Positions 48,887 to 64,000 of a stretch of DNA of 64,000 nt are shown here, one piece after another. The DNA lies in the NCBI GenBank assembly GCA_029953675.1, contig JAMWBK010000002.1:3100001-3164000 (forward strand), given 5' to 3'. Numbering within the stretch: the first letter of the stretch is position 1; every line of letters begins with the position of its first letter. A program made the translations under genes and the position numbers. A model generated the notes under the pieces. The model made no database searches. It was not told the DNA's origin and saw only the letters and a list, made by a program, of their open reading frames with translations. This DNA is from Rhodosorus marinus CCMP1338. Lineage: Eukaryota > Plantae > Rhodophyta.

Positions 48887-51204
48887 CAAAGCTGGTGGTT
48901 ACTATCTGCAGCAAGGTTTGCAACAAAGAAGTCAACAGCAGGTCGGAGAGCAAAGAATAAATGAATAGACAAAGCCCAAGACGTGGGTCTCCACTTGACT
49001 CGAGGATTTCACGCCATCGACTCCCAAGTAGTCCAATGATGTCTTTTAAGACCTCTGATTGGAGAGCTTCGCGAACTGTGAAGAATAGGATGGTTGGTCG
49101 ATATACTGGTAGAGCATTTGGCTCCGTTCCACTGCTTCCAATTTGGACAGGGTTCGATTTCGTACTTCCGTATTTCAAAAGCCTTGTAGACCCTGTGGGC
49201 TTTGCAAAGGCTTGAGAATCAAAATCTTTGGGATCCAAGTGAAATGTACTGGAAAGCTGTCCTATAACCGTAGCCGTAACTGTAACCGTAAACTTTACTG
49301 GGCAGCTGCATACTGCAGCGCATCACTATTTCTACTACCGCAACCGCAACCTTTGCTGGGCAACCCCGCTACCGGGGTCTCATGCTATGTTCAAAAGAAA
49401 AACCAGTGACCAGCGGATTGTCCAGCTGGTCCACACGCAAAGCTCCAGTCGCAAGCTCCGCGATTCCTTGCCGAAGTTGTCCGGTTCATCTGAGCTCTGA
49501 TGTCCCTTCATTCGTCCTGTGCAGAAAGTGCTATGCAGCTGTCTCGGAGGAATTATTGGGTCATGCGCAACGAGAGATTAACTAGGCAAACGGCTAGCAC
49601 CATCTGATCATTAGAACGTTTCCTCACGTGACCCGTGGCTACGGACCTGTCCAGTGCTTCCGAGAAAACGGACTGCCCAAACCACGGCCGGAATCGAGCT
49701 TTGAGATAGTGCTTCTACTTATCATTGTTGAGCTACTTTAGAATCTCAAGTAGGTCTGAATTGTCGCGGCGTGTTCCTTGAAAGCCTTCTATTGGGACGA
49801 AATAGACTCTTTTCGGACATTGGAATGACGATGGCTGTTGTGGATCAGATCAGTTTTTTCTGAGCTTGCAATCTGCAGCATCTTTGTCGTTTGCCATGCG
49901 TTTCGACATGATTTCTCCTTAAACAACAGATCCTAACTCTTTGAAACGAGTATTATCGGGACTACTAATTGTGTTTGGAAGAATCGTCGCAAACAAAATT
50001 GTGTGAAAGGTTATGGAGAACTCCAAGGTGGGTCTTCTGTATGCCACAAAGATAGCGGGCAGCGAGCCTCGCTGTGGTTTTTGATAGTTTTTTCTTTGGT
50101 TTTTTCTTTGGCTTGCTAGGACGAGAACAAACTACTTCATGACGCACTGTCTGAGTATGTTCTAACAGCGGCAAATCAGCCTACGTTAGGCCTTCACTAC
50201 GCAGCGATGCACATGAAGACCCGAGTAGGACCGTTCGCGAAGAACAACTATAGTAATCTAACTCAACTATCAGAAAGTTTGCTTGACGCGCAGAGCCATG
50301 TGAAGTTTGCTACAAATTTTCTTCGAGAGTAATGCAAGCCGTATCAGAACAACTAAAGGATGGGAGTAGGCTATATCGCTAGGAACGAAAGCCCCTCAAT
50401 CTGATCCTCAAACGCGCTTTTTTCGATGACAGGCACAACGCAGGCATTCTCGTTGCGGATAGGATTGACGTGCTCATAAGGAAGTGCGACAATTCACTCA
50501 AGATCAGAATGGCAAAAAGTCACAAATAGGACGAGACTTTTATCCGAGATTCATATGAGCCGCACATTGCAAGAGAATTCTCGATCGTCTCAGTCCAATT
50601 TCAGTCTTGTCCTCCTCAACTTGGGCTTGCCCCTGAGAGAGGATTCTGAAACCTACTAGGCTTTTCCTCTTCACCTTCTATCGAAGCACATGCTTGTACT
50701 CAGATATGACACGTGAGGCATAACGAATTGCTGATAAGCTCACTAGTTGTAGAATTACAAGCCCCATCATGGAAGCGTAAGCTTGAAACCTGCGCGGCTT
50801 GATGGAATTCTGATCTGGTCTGGATCAAGCTTCGCTGCCCGGTCAATGGTCGCCAGGTGCTCGAAGAAGTGAAGGACGCACAAGCTTAGTTTACATTAAA
50901 AGCCATGCAGTTACATGTTAGTATCGATTCTGTCTTCCGCTGAAAACATGATCTCCACGCGATTTCCAGAAGCCGGTCCTCGTCGTCGCCTGGGTTCGGG
51001 GCTTAGCCAGAATATGTTTCATAATTTCAATGATTTCTGTCCAACACTTGGCGCTGACGTGCTTGCTTAGCAGCTTGCAAGACTCCTAGCTCACACGTTT
51101 TCTCACGTTCTCAAACTCTTAGCCTAGCTTCAGCTGTTGAATTAGTCTGGTTCGGCCACCTTCATTGTTGAAAGCACGCCACTGGCGCTGTAGGATATCA
51201 CGAC

Positions 51205-53986
<2,782 letters not shown>

Positions 53987-55703
53987 CTTGAAGAAAACCT
54001 CGAAGATGTGTGATTTTCACTCTTCTAAGAACTAGCAGAGTACGTCCAAAAAAAGCTTTCTTGCACCCTACTCCGTCGCCTTCTCAAACCACTCTCTGGC
54101 ATAACCCAGGTGACCTCGCTGACAAGTTTTTCCTCATCCGATAACGCCTCAACTCAGACACAACATCCACACTGTCAAACCTGAAAAGCAAATCGTCCGC
54201 GGTTTCATCTCCACAGTTCCGAAACCTCTTCCTCTCGCGTCATAGTATCAACAGAAACTTTACATGAAACAAGTCAAAAACAAAACACCCAGCCCATCAC
54301 AAGCAGCTCATCCCCAAAAAACCAGCCAACCCTTTAAAAACGCTGATAATGATCTTCGAAAACAGATTCCAAGTTCAGAGATTCATGTAAAATAACATAA
54401 AATACTCCAGTTCGCCTTTTTAGTTCATCCCCTTGCTCCTGATTCCTGGTCACTTCATTACTTCTCCTTCCTCGTGAAGATCTTACCAAGTGAAACTTCG
54501 ACGGGTTTTTGTTACATCACTTCAGGGTTATGCAATCAAATTTATTTTGAATTGACTGATTAAATACAATTTCCTACTCAATTTGCAAAGTTGAGTTTTT
54601 CTTTCGACGAGTCTTGTTTGTATTAATATGATATATATATGCTTGATTCGTATTTGTACATGAAATGGGAAGGTTTTGGTCGCACCTGTCTGTGTCGGTG
54701 GTGGGATAAGTACTCGAAGCTGGTGCTTTCCAAGCACGTAGAGGCCCAAACCGCCTGTGATTGAGGAAATGAGGCTATGATAGCGTTGTATTGGAGAGTA
54801 AGACGTGTTCGTATGAAAAACGGACTCGAAAACAGCACTCGATTTTGAAAGAGGAGAGCACCTGTGAGGCTGCCCGGATTGTTTCTGCAGCTACGGCGGA
54901 GTTGACCTTGAGACATGACGTGGACAGTAACGAGACGTTGGTCCCTTCTATTCCCAGATCACGCGCCCTCGCGAACGGAGGTACTTGAGCTTATCGCTCT
55001 CCGTGGTGGTTCTCTGCCAAGTTTTTAGAAATTCCAATAAGAGAGCGATATTGTTTCTCCAGTTTCTCATAGTTCATGCAAGCTTGCCGAATCATTACGA
55101 AGGTCTCACCAACACTCAGTTTCTCCTTGCAGAAAGACCCCCGCATCAACCACTTGCTATCCGTTTCAATTAAGTACTCGATCACCCCTTAATTACTTCA
55201 CAATATATGAATCATGTTGACATATAATCATTATTATTTCGCATATACTATGATTTTCTTCTCCTATTCATAAATCCTGCCTTCCAGAAAACTTGTTTTT
55301 TGTACATGGAAATTTGTACCAGCGATAATTATCAGTTTGACGTGTGCTAAGAATGTTTCGGTTTGGTTTAGGATGGTTGCTTTGGATCTGGCTAGGAACA
55401 AGATGGCCATGATCGGATCCCTCGTTAGCTGTTAGGGAGATGTGGTAACTGAATTAACTTGAACGAAGAAATGGTCTAGGTTTTAATCGTTTCTGATAAC
55501 GATGGGCCCCGTTGATGTGCTTGTTCCAGGTGGTGTAATCCTTTTACTGATCTTGTTCGGATGGGGGACGGATCTGTTTGTGAGGCGGCGGGCACTGCAG
55601 AAACTGAAGTAAGCGTTTGAGATTCTCTTCTCTCAAGTGCGACAGCTTGTACTCGTTTTTGTTACTTACAGGGCTGCTTTGTTCCTTTGTTCTCGTAAGA
55701 TAT

Positions 55704-56406
55704 ATGGGATCGCTAGGAAAATGGGGACCAAGAGGGCAGAGTACTGGAACTCCATGGAGTCCTCAGAGCTCGCCAGCGTCGCCTGATTTTAACCTCACTC
55801 CGAAGAGACTTTCTTTCTCGGTAGGAACAGATGCACTAGAAAACAGATTGCTTTGCAGATGGCGGCACCTAATATCGCCACTTGCCCTTTTGCGTTTGTG
55901 CAAAACAGTCGCCGTCGCTAATGACGCCGGGGAGTTTAGCAAGTGCGGACAGAAAATTTCGAGAAAATTCAACATCAGTCGTAAGCGACCGCGTAAAGAA
56001 ACGTTCACCTGAGAAGAACAGACCCACATTGGACCGTTTGCTCAAGGGGTCGCCGGGTGGTGGCGAGGCACCACATAATAGAAGCCCTTGGTCCTCGACA
56101 AAGTCGGAGCAAAGGACTGTCACTTGGAGCTATCCCCTCAGCCAAGAGAAGGACGCCGAAGTCCCAAGCAAAAAGGGGGCGCTTGATGACTCATTATTCT
56201 TCAAGCCCGTCAGACCTGTGACAGTGGAAGAGTCACCAGCGTTTCGGGGCTTGTACACACCGACGTGGACGAGAGGTTCGACGAAGCAGCGCACAGGAAT
56301 TCCCATGATAGGTTTGTATAACAGCAGTTCCAAACCTAGTTCTTTGCAGAACTCTACCTCCCGAGGAATACCAGCATCGCCCCAGCGTTCGTTCAGGGAC
56401 GTCTAA
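55704..56406 (+). CDS. Hypothetical 204 aa Ser/Thr-Pro-rich disordered protein
   Basis: Exons 55704-55820 and 55909-56406 (88-nt GTAGGA..ACAG intron, phase 0). The product has many SP/TP sites. An additional upstream exon is possible. Confidence 0.6.
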
Positions 56407-57079
56407 GTAGGACTTTGTACATCAGATGAACATAAGCCTCTAGAGAAGTGAGCCACACACAGATGGCAAGCGTTAAGCACTAAATTTATAGTTAACCGTG
56501 CAGCTCCTTTCCTGAGTCGCCCATGATGAGCGTTCGGCCTATCTTAACTTCCTATTCTCGTACGTCGCAACGGATCCCTTGTACACATTTCCAACGAGGG
56601 TGGGAAGAACCCTGCACGGAAACTTGGTCTACTACAATCTGCTCAAGGAAATTATTGACTTCGTTCTCGATGGTCTTTGCTGTAGCACAGCCGCCAAAGT
56701 GTTTGATAGACCAAGTATGAGGTCCTTGCGTGGATCCCGCACCTGAAAACCCCCACCGGACCACATTCTCCTTCCACACAAAAATACTTAACGGATACGT
56801 TGAACTCGCTAGTAGACTTCGAAGAGGCCCTTGTTTGCAGAGTCCTCCCTTGGATAGATAGCACGTGACCTCTTCAGTCCGAGCGACCATACTGCGCAAT
56901 ACGGGCGAGAACAACTAACAAAGGCAGATGTCCGCCATTTAGAATCTGGGGTTGTCGGCAGCCGGGGTGTTGGTGTTGCTGCAGTGAGGGAGCTTGCGAT
57001 GCTGAGGACCATCCGCTTTCGCCTGTTCATAGATGTCGGGACGTCTGATATAAACGAAGTCCCGTTCCCGACCAGCCAG

Positions 57080-57335
57080 ACACGCATTTGCAAGCGGCGG
57101 GGTAATGAAGTTTCTGCAAAGGGGTTCCATGCGGGCCAAGTGGTCAATTGTTTAATTGGCAAGGACTTGTCAAGAGGATAACATCGTCAAAAGATTTCAA
57201 GCAGCGCGCTGCCTGAAAAATGTTATCCTCTTGCCCAAAAACGGCGTCATGTAGTCCAGCCAGCTTGAGTCGTTCGATAATGCTGGATTTCCAATAGTTA
57301 TAGTCGTAAGGGCCTTCCAACTTTGGGCATCTAGG
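57080..57335 (-). mobile_element. Possible decayed Copia-type gag N-terminal fragment
   Basis: PKLEGPYDYNYWKSSIIERLKLAGLHDAVFG resembles the Copia gag start KLxGxNYxxWKxxMxxxLxxxGLWDxVxG. It is followed by frameshifts, and no pol or LTR was seen. Confidence 0.3.
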
Positions 57336-57372
57336 GAAACATCCCACGGCGTCCATTCTGCTGCACCAAATG

Positions 57373-57435
57373 AAACCACCTTTCTTCTTCGTAAAACGAC
57401 GTTTCTTCTTCGTTAAACCACCTTTCTTCTTGTGA
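57373..57435. repeat. 3 x 21-bp tandem repeat
   Basis: AAACCACCTTTCTTCTTCGTA / AAACGACGTTTCTTCTTCGTT / AAACCACCTTTCTTCTTGTGA. Confidence 0.85.
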
Positions 57436-58572
57436 CACGCGAACACGTCGGGATCGCGCAAGAACTGCCACACAAAAGAGGAAAGAGTGTACGGCTACCG
57501 AATGATTCGGCGTCGACGCAGATCACGGGCGTAATGTTCACAGTGCTGGGGAACTACCTACCATACGACACTGCGCACTATTCCAAAGTCGAGTCCCAGG
57601 TCCTTGTGTCGAGTGAAATTCTCCCTTCTCGGGATTTGCTAGACCCCTCGATATAGCATACACCAGTCCTCCCAAAAATAGTTGCTAGGGAAGCCCAGGA
57701 GCTGCTCCACCCCAGTGTCATCGCGTTGTATGAGCGACACAATGACATTTCATTTGAAAAATATAAAAACGAATAGTTTGAGGTTCTTTGGTGGGGTAGG
57801 GGTTTAATCCGCTTAATATTTTCAGATGAATGTGTTCGAATGTTGTTTCCCATTAGAATTCCGGAAGATCAAATCTTCAGTTTTAGAAGTCTGCATTGAC
57901 TTACCCCTTGAGGACTGACAGCGGGACATCTATTTATCCGTTTTGTGTGTGTGTTCTGTCCACGTGTCCTTGAAAGCCAATCAAGTGGTGGAATTAAATG
58001 TTGGGAAGTTTTTAGATGAAACAAGAACAAGATTTCCATTGATAGTATTGAATCACAAAGTGCTAGCATCGGTCCAGATTTTAGTTTACACTTCAAGTCG
58101 AGACTTTCTTTTTAGTGTTTTGTCTTGCCTTGTGGTGTTGCAATTTGTTGAATATTGCTTGTTTTAGGGAGGGCTCCGGATGGCATGCAACCCTTGGAAG
58201 GCGTCGAATTACATTTCATCGAGTGGGCGACGGAGCGACTTTCTTGTTGAAACCTCGAAGAGTAAACAAACCTCAGATTGATGGATCTGCGATTTTTTCG
58301 TTTGTTTTTCCTGTCGAGGGTAGGATTTCTGTGGTGATTACAGGAACGGATGGATCGCACTCCGCGCGACATCCGTGATCTCGCATTGTTGGTCTTGACA
58401 CTGTCAGTCCTGCATGGAACGGCCAAGACCCAATTGTCGATTGCTTGTGCATGAATATACTTGTTTAATATCATTCGTTTCCTACTTTCCGCTCTAAGAC
58501 ATTGTTCTATTCCTGCAACTCTTATCCGCCCCAGTTCACCCTCGCCCGTCTTTATCTACCAAGGCGCGCCAG

Positions 58573-60519
58573 CTATCTCGTATGACTCAACCTCTTCATA
58601 GAAGATGAAGGAGAATGCATCAGCTTCTGCAATGACTCCCAGCCCGACTCAACGCCTTTCGGGAAGTGCGACTGCAAAATAGACATTCTCTTCTTCGTTT
58701 CGTTGTGCGAAAATATCGTCCCGCTTCCAATGAGAAACAAAATCCAATGACCAACCCGGACTTTCCCCAAACAAAACACTGATGTGAGCAGAAGCTGTAC
58801 GCCCAACGATATATACGTCATCGACTCATTAAACTTTCCTGCCTTCATGCTCGACAAAAAATATGCCACAAGCAACCTTTCCCCACCATTCAGACGAACT
58901 ATGAAAGCCTCTGCTTTCCCACTGCTTGTTAGTAGAGTAAACGGCAGCACAGTTTGCGCCAAACCAACTATCCTGTTGCTACTGCTAAAGAAGCATATCT
59001 GCAACAGGAATATGTACCAAAGACAACTCAACGACCATGTGGGCAAAATTCCGGCGTCCACACTGTCCAGTACAGCAGGCAGAAAATACATAAATGCAAA
59101 ACACGCCACAGCATGAATGTCCAGCAGAACTCCAGCCACAGCGAACATGTGCCAGCGTACAATTGCCTTCAGAATGGTTCCCATGTTGTAAACAACAGAA
59201 GACATGACGGACAGCAAGACTAAAACCGAACCGACTATCCAATTGCTCTCGCTATTCCACCCAGAGACGATATTCACACCCTCACCCTGCGCCTTACCCT
59301 CAACCACCTTTCCTTCAACCTCTGAGTTTTGACTTCGCTTCAAACTCTTTGAACACGTCTTCCCGTCCTTCTTCTTCTCCACGCTCGTGTGACTAGTCCC
59401 TTCTTCCCCAACCTTGCCTATGACTGGGCCTGCAATACTGTTTCCATTTCCGTGCGAGTCCTTCCTTCCCCTTGCACTGTGGCCTCCCTTCTCAAACGAC
59501 CTGCCAAACCTCTCGGCGGCGTTCTCTAGCTTCCTTGCCCACTCTTGTCTATGAGCTTCAACTCTACTCGCCGCATCCGCGATTATTATGTCCTGCTGCC
59601 AGTCGGTAAGCGTATCCACCATACCTTGTTTCGCTTTCTTCCCGGAGATCTCTGTCGGGGAGTCCTTGGAAGCATTAGCTTTCTTTGACTTGCGCTTACT
59701 TTTCTGAGATTCTTTCGGTTTCTCTGGAGCAATGGTGGAGTCACCGGGCTCCTCGTGTCCCTTCTCCAACTCGCTCTTTGTCTCAGCCACTGGTTCCTCA
59801 TGCTTCGCCGACTGTCGTTGGTCTTCCTTGGTCAAGTCCTTGGTATGCTCCTTCTCGACATCCTTCGATGTGGAAGACGCTCGTGCTGTGGGCTTCTTCT
59901 GACCAGCCAAACGCAGCCCAGCAGGGTATTGCCGGTTGGGTGTGCCTGCGCGTCGGTCGCTGTTTGACCTAGGTACTGCTCTAGATCCATAAGAGGTGTA
60001 CTGAATAGTCTCACCAGTTAATTCGTCTCTTATGTGCCGTGTTTCAGAGCAGATCTTGAGTCGTGGTTCCCGGTTAGGCCTCTTATGGTCAGAATTAAAC
60101 GGTTTGCGGGAATCCCCTTGAGCTTTTTTCCTCGTATAAACCACAGCATCCGTACGCGGAAGCTCGCTGTAGACTTTCTCTAGAGATTGATCCTCCGCAC
60201 TCAATGGAGAAGTAACAGCACCTCCAAAATCCAAAGTTCTCCAGCTTGAAAATGCAGAGTCCACAACCGAGGAGAGTGCAGTATTTCCATCGGATCGATG
60301 CGCCGCAACCTTCCAACCGTTTGATACTTCGCTCAAGCTTAACCCGACGCCTTTTCCTGGACTCCCCGGTATACTGAGCACCTCGTCACTTTTAACGTGC
60401 TCGCTTGGAACCCCGTTCTCCACGGCCGACTTGTACTTTCTTAGATTTTTCGACAAGGGAAACTCGTCATTGTCGTCGTCCGTCAAGTCGGCCGGAAGAT
60501 AATAGTACTCCTCATCCAT
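58573..60519 (-). CDS. Uncharacterised 648 aa protein: long charged or disordered N-terminus plus a C-terminal multi-pass membrane domain, intronless
   Basis: 654-codon open frame with the first ATG at 60519 (MDEEYYYLPADL). The last ~230 aa contain several hydrophobic segments. Confidence 0.85.
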   Translation of the reverse strand: MDEEYYYLPADLTDDDNDEFPLSKNLRKYKSAVENGVPSEHVKSDEVLSIPGSPGKGVGLSLSEVSNGWKVAAHRSDGNTALSSVVDSAFSSWRTLDFGGAVTSPLSAEDQSLEKVYSELPRTDAVVYTRKKAQGDSRKPFNSDHKRPNREPRLKICSETRHIRDELTGETIQYTSYGSRAVPRSNSDRRAGTPNRQYPAGLRLAGQKKPTARASSTSKDVEKEHTKDLTKEDQRQSAKHEEPVAETKSELEKGHEEPGDSTIAPEKPKESQKSKRKSKKANASKDSPTEISGKKAKQGMVDTLTDWQQDIIIADAASRVEAHRQEWARKLENAAERFGRSFEKGGHSARGRKDSHGNGNSIAGPVIGKVGEEGTSHTSVEKKKDGKTCSKSLKRSQNSEVEGKVVEGKAQGEGVNIVSGWNSESNWIVGSVLVLLSVMSSVVYNMGTILKAIVRWHMFAVAGVLLDIHAVACFAFMYFLPAVLDSVDAGILPTWSLSCLWYIFLLQICFFSSSNRIVGLAQTVLPFTLLTSSGKAEAFIVRLNGGERLLVAYFLSSMKAGKFNESMTYISLGVQLLLTSVFCLGKVRVGHWILFLIGSGTIFSHNETKKRMSILQSHFPKGVESGWESLQKLMHSPSSSMKRLSHTR

Positions 60520-63500
60520 CTCGCCTCTTTCCTTCACCTTCCCTCACCGAAATCTGCAGCCGATGTTAAATACAAAGTTCTCATCTTCTAAAGCAGCTTC
60601 CAGGCGCACAACCATCCGCCCGTCGCGCTCAACCGCTGACGACTCTTTCGCTTCTCCAAAGGTTTTAGATCTAAACACTCACAGCACACCACAAATCAAG
60701 CGCAAGCCTCAATGGAGGCTGTTACCACACAGTCCAGCTCCTCCCGAAAAATCAAGCCGCTTTTTCCTCTCTCAACTCTCGCACGTCCGAAAGCGAACCC
60801 TCCGAACGCTTGCCTCTCTCCAAGATCTTCCCTTCCCCCTACCTTTACCATCCCCGTCAAACCCCAAAATCCTAAAAGCTACCATCTTCCCCACTCCCCC
60901 CTCCGCCCCGCACCTTTTTCCCGGATTGAGCAATGTGTCGTCCCTAACCCCTCGCCAAACGTCCTGCGTGGATGCGCAGATGTAATATTTTGTCTATTTT
61001 TTCGCTTGGGAGGACAACAGTAGATTTATGAAACCCCCGTTCGCAGAAAAAAAATGCTCTCTTTTCCACCTCTCAAGGAGATCTTGACGATAATTTTTCT
61101 GTCCTATACCCCGTCTGAAAAAACGCCACCACCATAGATATTTCTAAAAAACGAAATCTGCATCCAGGTAATGAGGTCTTTTACTTATTTCATATAATTT
61201 GAATTTTGAAACCGTTTTTCGGGCTCGCATGAAGGCGATAACTGACATGGCCCTTCAAGCCGCTGCGACGGCACTTCAGACCCTGCTTTCTTTTTTTCCT
61301 AGATGTTTGCCTCCCGCCCGGTTTCGGGGCCTTCATTGGTCAAAACAATAGATAGTCGATTGTAAGTGGATTGCTTGTTATATGTACTGCTCAATAATTT
61401 ATGGAGAAGGGGCTTCGTTAACATATTATATATATAAATGTATTTTAAATTCAATTTCTGTGCGCTTGAATAGTTTTTGTTTTGTTGGGAGATTTTTTGG
61501 CTGTAAGGTCAAGGACTGATCGTTCAATACCCACATCCCCCAACCCCTGTGTTCGAAGAAACCCGAAGTTTGCTTATATCAGATTTACATGAAATAAAAA
61601 AGATTTGCTGCGTGGCACGCACAATGGAAAACCCCCTGCAGGTCTATGCAACCGTTCTAGACATCATGCGGGGAATGCTGTTTTGGGGAATATTATTTAT
61701 CCAGTCAAACCCTTGGCAAAATCTGTGAGTCGCGAAGCACGATACGTGGAAAGAAATTGCGGAGCCGGACCAGCCATGAAGCCGCACATTGGTCATTAAG
61801 AGCCACTTTCCCAGCACAATTTTACACCGCATCCAAAAGTTGCTTTTGCGTTGTTCAAACGGCTTTTCACCGTTTTCACGAGTTTTTTCTGCTTTCTTGA
61901 GCATTTTGATGTCTAACGGAAGAAAACTAGAATATTGTTGCCATTTTCTTTAGCAACTAAGGCATCCAGTTCCGAGCGCAGAGGGGGGTAAGTACAATTT
62001 TCTTTGAGGTCGCACCCCCGCAACAATACAACTTTCTGTGTACTTATGTATTTACTGGAAATAACTTGGAATGATTTCTATTGATAGGGGTTAGAATGAG
62101 ACATGGAATTTCATCGACGTGGAAGGGGGGTATTAAATTACTAAAATTTAGATTTTTAAGAAAATAGTTCACTTACAACATAATGCTGCCTCTCATGCCC
62201 ACAGGGCGTAGGTGTCATATCTATTTTCGCATCGGAGAACAATGAATGGAGAGTTGAGAGACTCAAATGTACTTTGGCATCTCAAAAATGTTTCTGTATG
62301 TTCTTCATCCCAGAGAAACACTCAAGAATATGAATGCAAAAAAGGAATGCCCTCGAAGGATCCACTATCTTCGCCCCTTCCACGCTCTGCCTCAAAACCT
62401 TGACCGGCAGCAACTATATTTAGGACTAAGGACAACGTGCATTTATTCTGCCTACGTTCACGGCGTGGAATCGGCGGATTTCCCACACGAAAGCCTATAA
62501 GGATCCCTCCCCCAGTGTCTTCCACCCCGTCTGCACGCCTGCGCACCTGCTAGAACACCAACAACCGCTTATTCAGAGCTAAATAGCCTGGGCCATCGGG
62601 TCGTTCGATTTAGATTTATGCGACATGATGGTACCATGACCCGCTTGATTCGGAGATCTCCCAAAATCCCGGCAAGCCCTTAAATGCCTTAGACGAGACT
62701 CAATCATTTTAGAGTGAAAGTTCGAAGGTACTGATTGGTGGGAATTGCGAGTCTCCTCTGGGTTCAATCATTATCTAAACCCTTTTCCGATAGAGCAGAT
62801 CTTGTTACCAGATAGCGCGACGGATTTATCAAGCCTCTGCAAGCCCTGTGTGTTTCCGCTCTGCAGCTCTCCTGATTGGCGAAGCTATGGAGACTTCGGC
62901 GCAGTGACTTGGTCAGTCTTGTTGTGTTGAGTGCGTTGTAGGGTCCACTGATATTCCTCATCATCAATTGTCGTTGTTCAGTGCTGGACCAGCACGTATG
63001 TTGGATTCCATATCTGAAAGGTTGAGTACGCGCGTCAGCGGATCGAGGACCACGGAAATAGCATGTTGCCTTGGAAAGGTTAGTAGCCCCTCTAGCAGGG
63101 CCGACCTCGATTCGCCCTGTCTAAGGAGACGGCGCCGTGTTCACTCGTTGCATGTACGGCCAGGTTGTTCCTTCACCATACGCCCAACGGCAGAGCCCTC
63201 TCGTATCTCCTAATCGCTTGGCCCGATGTTGAAAAACAGAGCTTGCCCCATACCGGTCAATTCGGGTGCTACATCGATATCCAGAGTACCTGACTGTTTT
63301 CGAGCTTCTTGGTGTGTCACCACCACGTGATCGCATTGTCTATTTTCCTGATGCCTTCAGAAGAAACTCGCCTCATGCGTCATCCGGCCTGGTGGGAACG
63401 GGTCAGCCCGTAATCTAATGAATATGCAAACTACGTGTTTCCACGGCCACTTTCTTGCTAGCAATGCATGGCCTCTCCTCAGTCGACAACTGGATCAATC

Positions 63501-64000
63501 AACGGGCAAGAGAACTATGCAGAAGACTGATCGCGCAGCCTTGGATCACGCACAGCCGGATTTCGGGCGTCCAAACGTTTCTCCATTGGACGTCCAGATA
63601 CCGCGGAGATACGCTTCCATCGTTGTCAGGGATTTCGAAGCCTCCACATTCCACGTTGTCTTGAGTTTTTTGTTAGTTTTTGGATTGAACTGGAAGACCG
63701 GCCTGAACGTCCTTGATTGCGGTCCATTGCTTTTTAATGATTGACTGTCAATCACTAAATTTGGACAGACTGTCGGTGCGCCCTTGATAAGAGCAAACGT
63801 CCAAACGTCAATTCAGGACAATTCCATTCGGATTGGACCCGATCGGCATGGTCCGGGGTCGATTTGATGTGTAGGCGTTCCCGTTTTAGGATATATCCTT
63901 CGATCTACATGCACAGGCTTGGATGCGATTCTCTTCCTTCGCGTACCGGACCGTCCGCAGGTCTTTGAGGGAGATTTCGTGCTTGCGTTTACGTGGCTCG

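Noticed and set aside
42473-48968. Numerous long antisense or alternate-frame ORFs over the SET gene
   Set aside because: Explained by codon bias and low-complexity coding sequence of the main gene.
49900-51150. Stop-riddled coding-like text between the SET gene and WDR33
   Set aside because: No frame longer than short fragments and no identifiable family.
54600-55185. Short minus-strand ORFs upstream of WDR33
   Set aside because: No coherent splice model or motif.

Overview
Eukaryotic nuclear DNA, most likely a unicellular red alga (inferred from short GT-AG introns of mostly 60-140 nt with CTRAC-like branch points, red-algal-style plastid transit peptides beginning M-x(1-6)-F[VL], and a cyanobacterial-type MiaB). 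I reconstructed most spliced gene models by hand; Dopey and WDR33 are only partly resolved. Recognisable genes are SDS22 (partial), PDX2, a plastid phosphate translocator, MiaB, Zim17/Hep1, an inositol phosphate kinase, an AMPK/SNF1 gamma subunit, Dopey, a SET2-type H3K36 methyltransferase and WDR33. Several uncharacterised proteins and decayed transposon-like relics lie in the gene-poor gaps. No tRNA, rRNA or CRISPR array was found. Four points stand out. (1) Splicing joins a plastid-targeted parvulin PPIase domain in frame to MiaB as one protein. (2) A small plastid-targeted protein appears to be a stand-alone, degenerate PurD/GARS N-terminal domain. (3) A plastid-targeted protein is built from three copies of an unrecognised ~70-80 aa repeat. 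(4) A ~2060 aa SET2-like enzyme carries a KOW-like motif, a helical region resembling CTNNBL1 and an RS/SP-repeat tail. All homology calls come from motif recognition by eye; no database searches were run.
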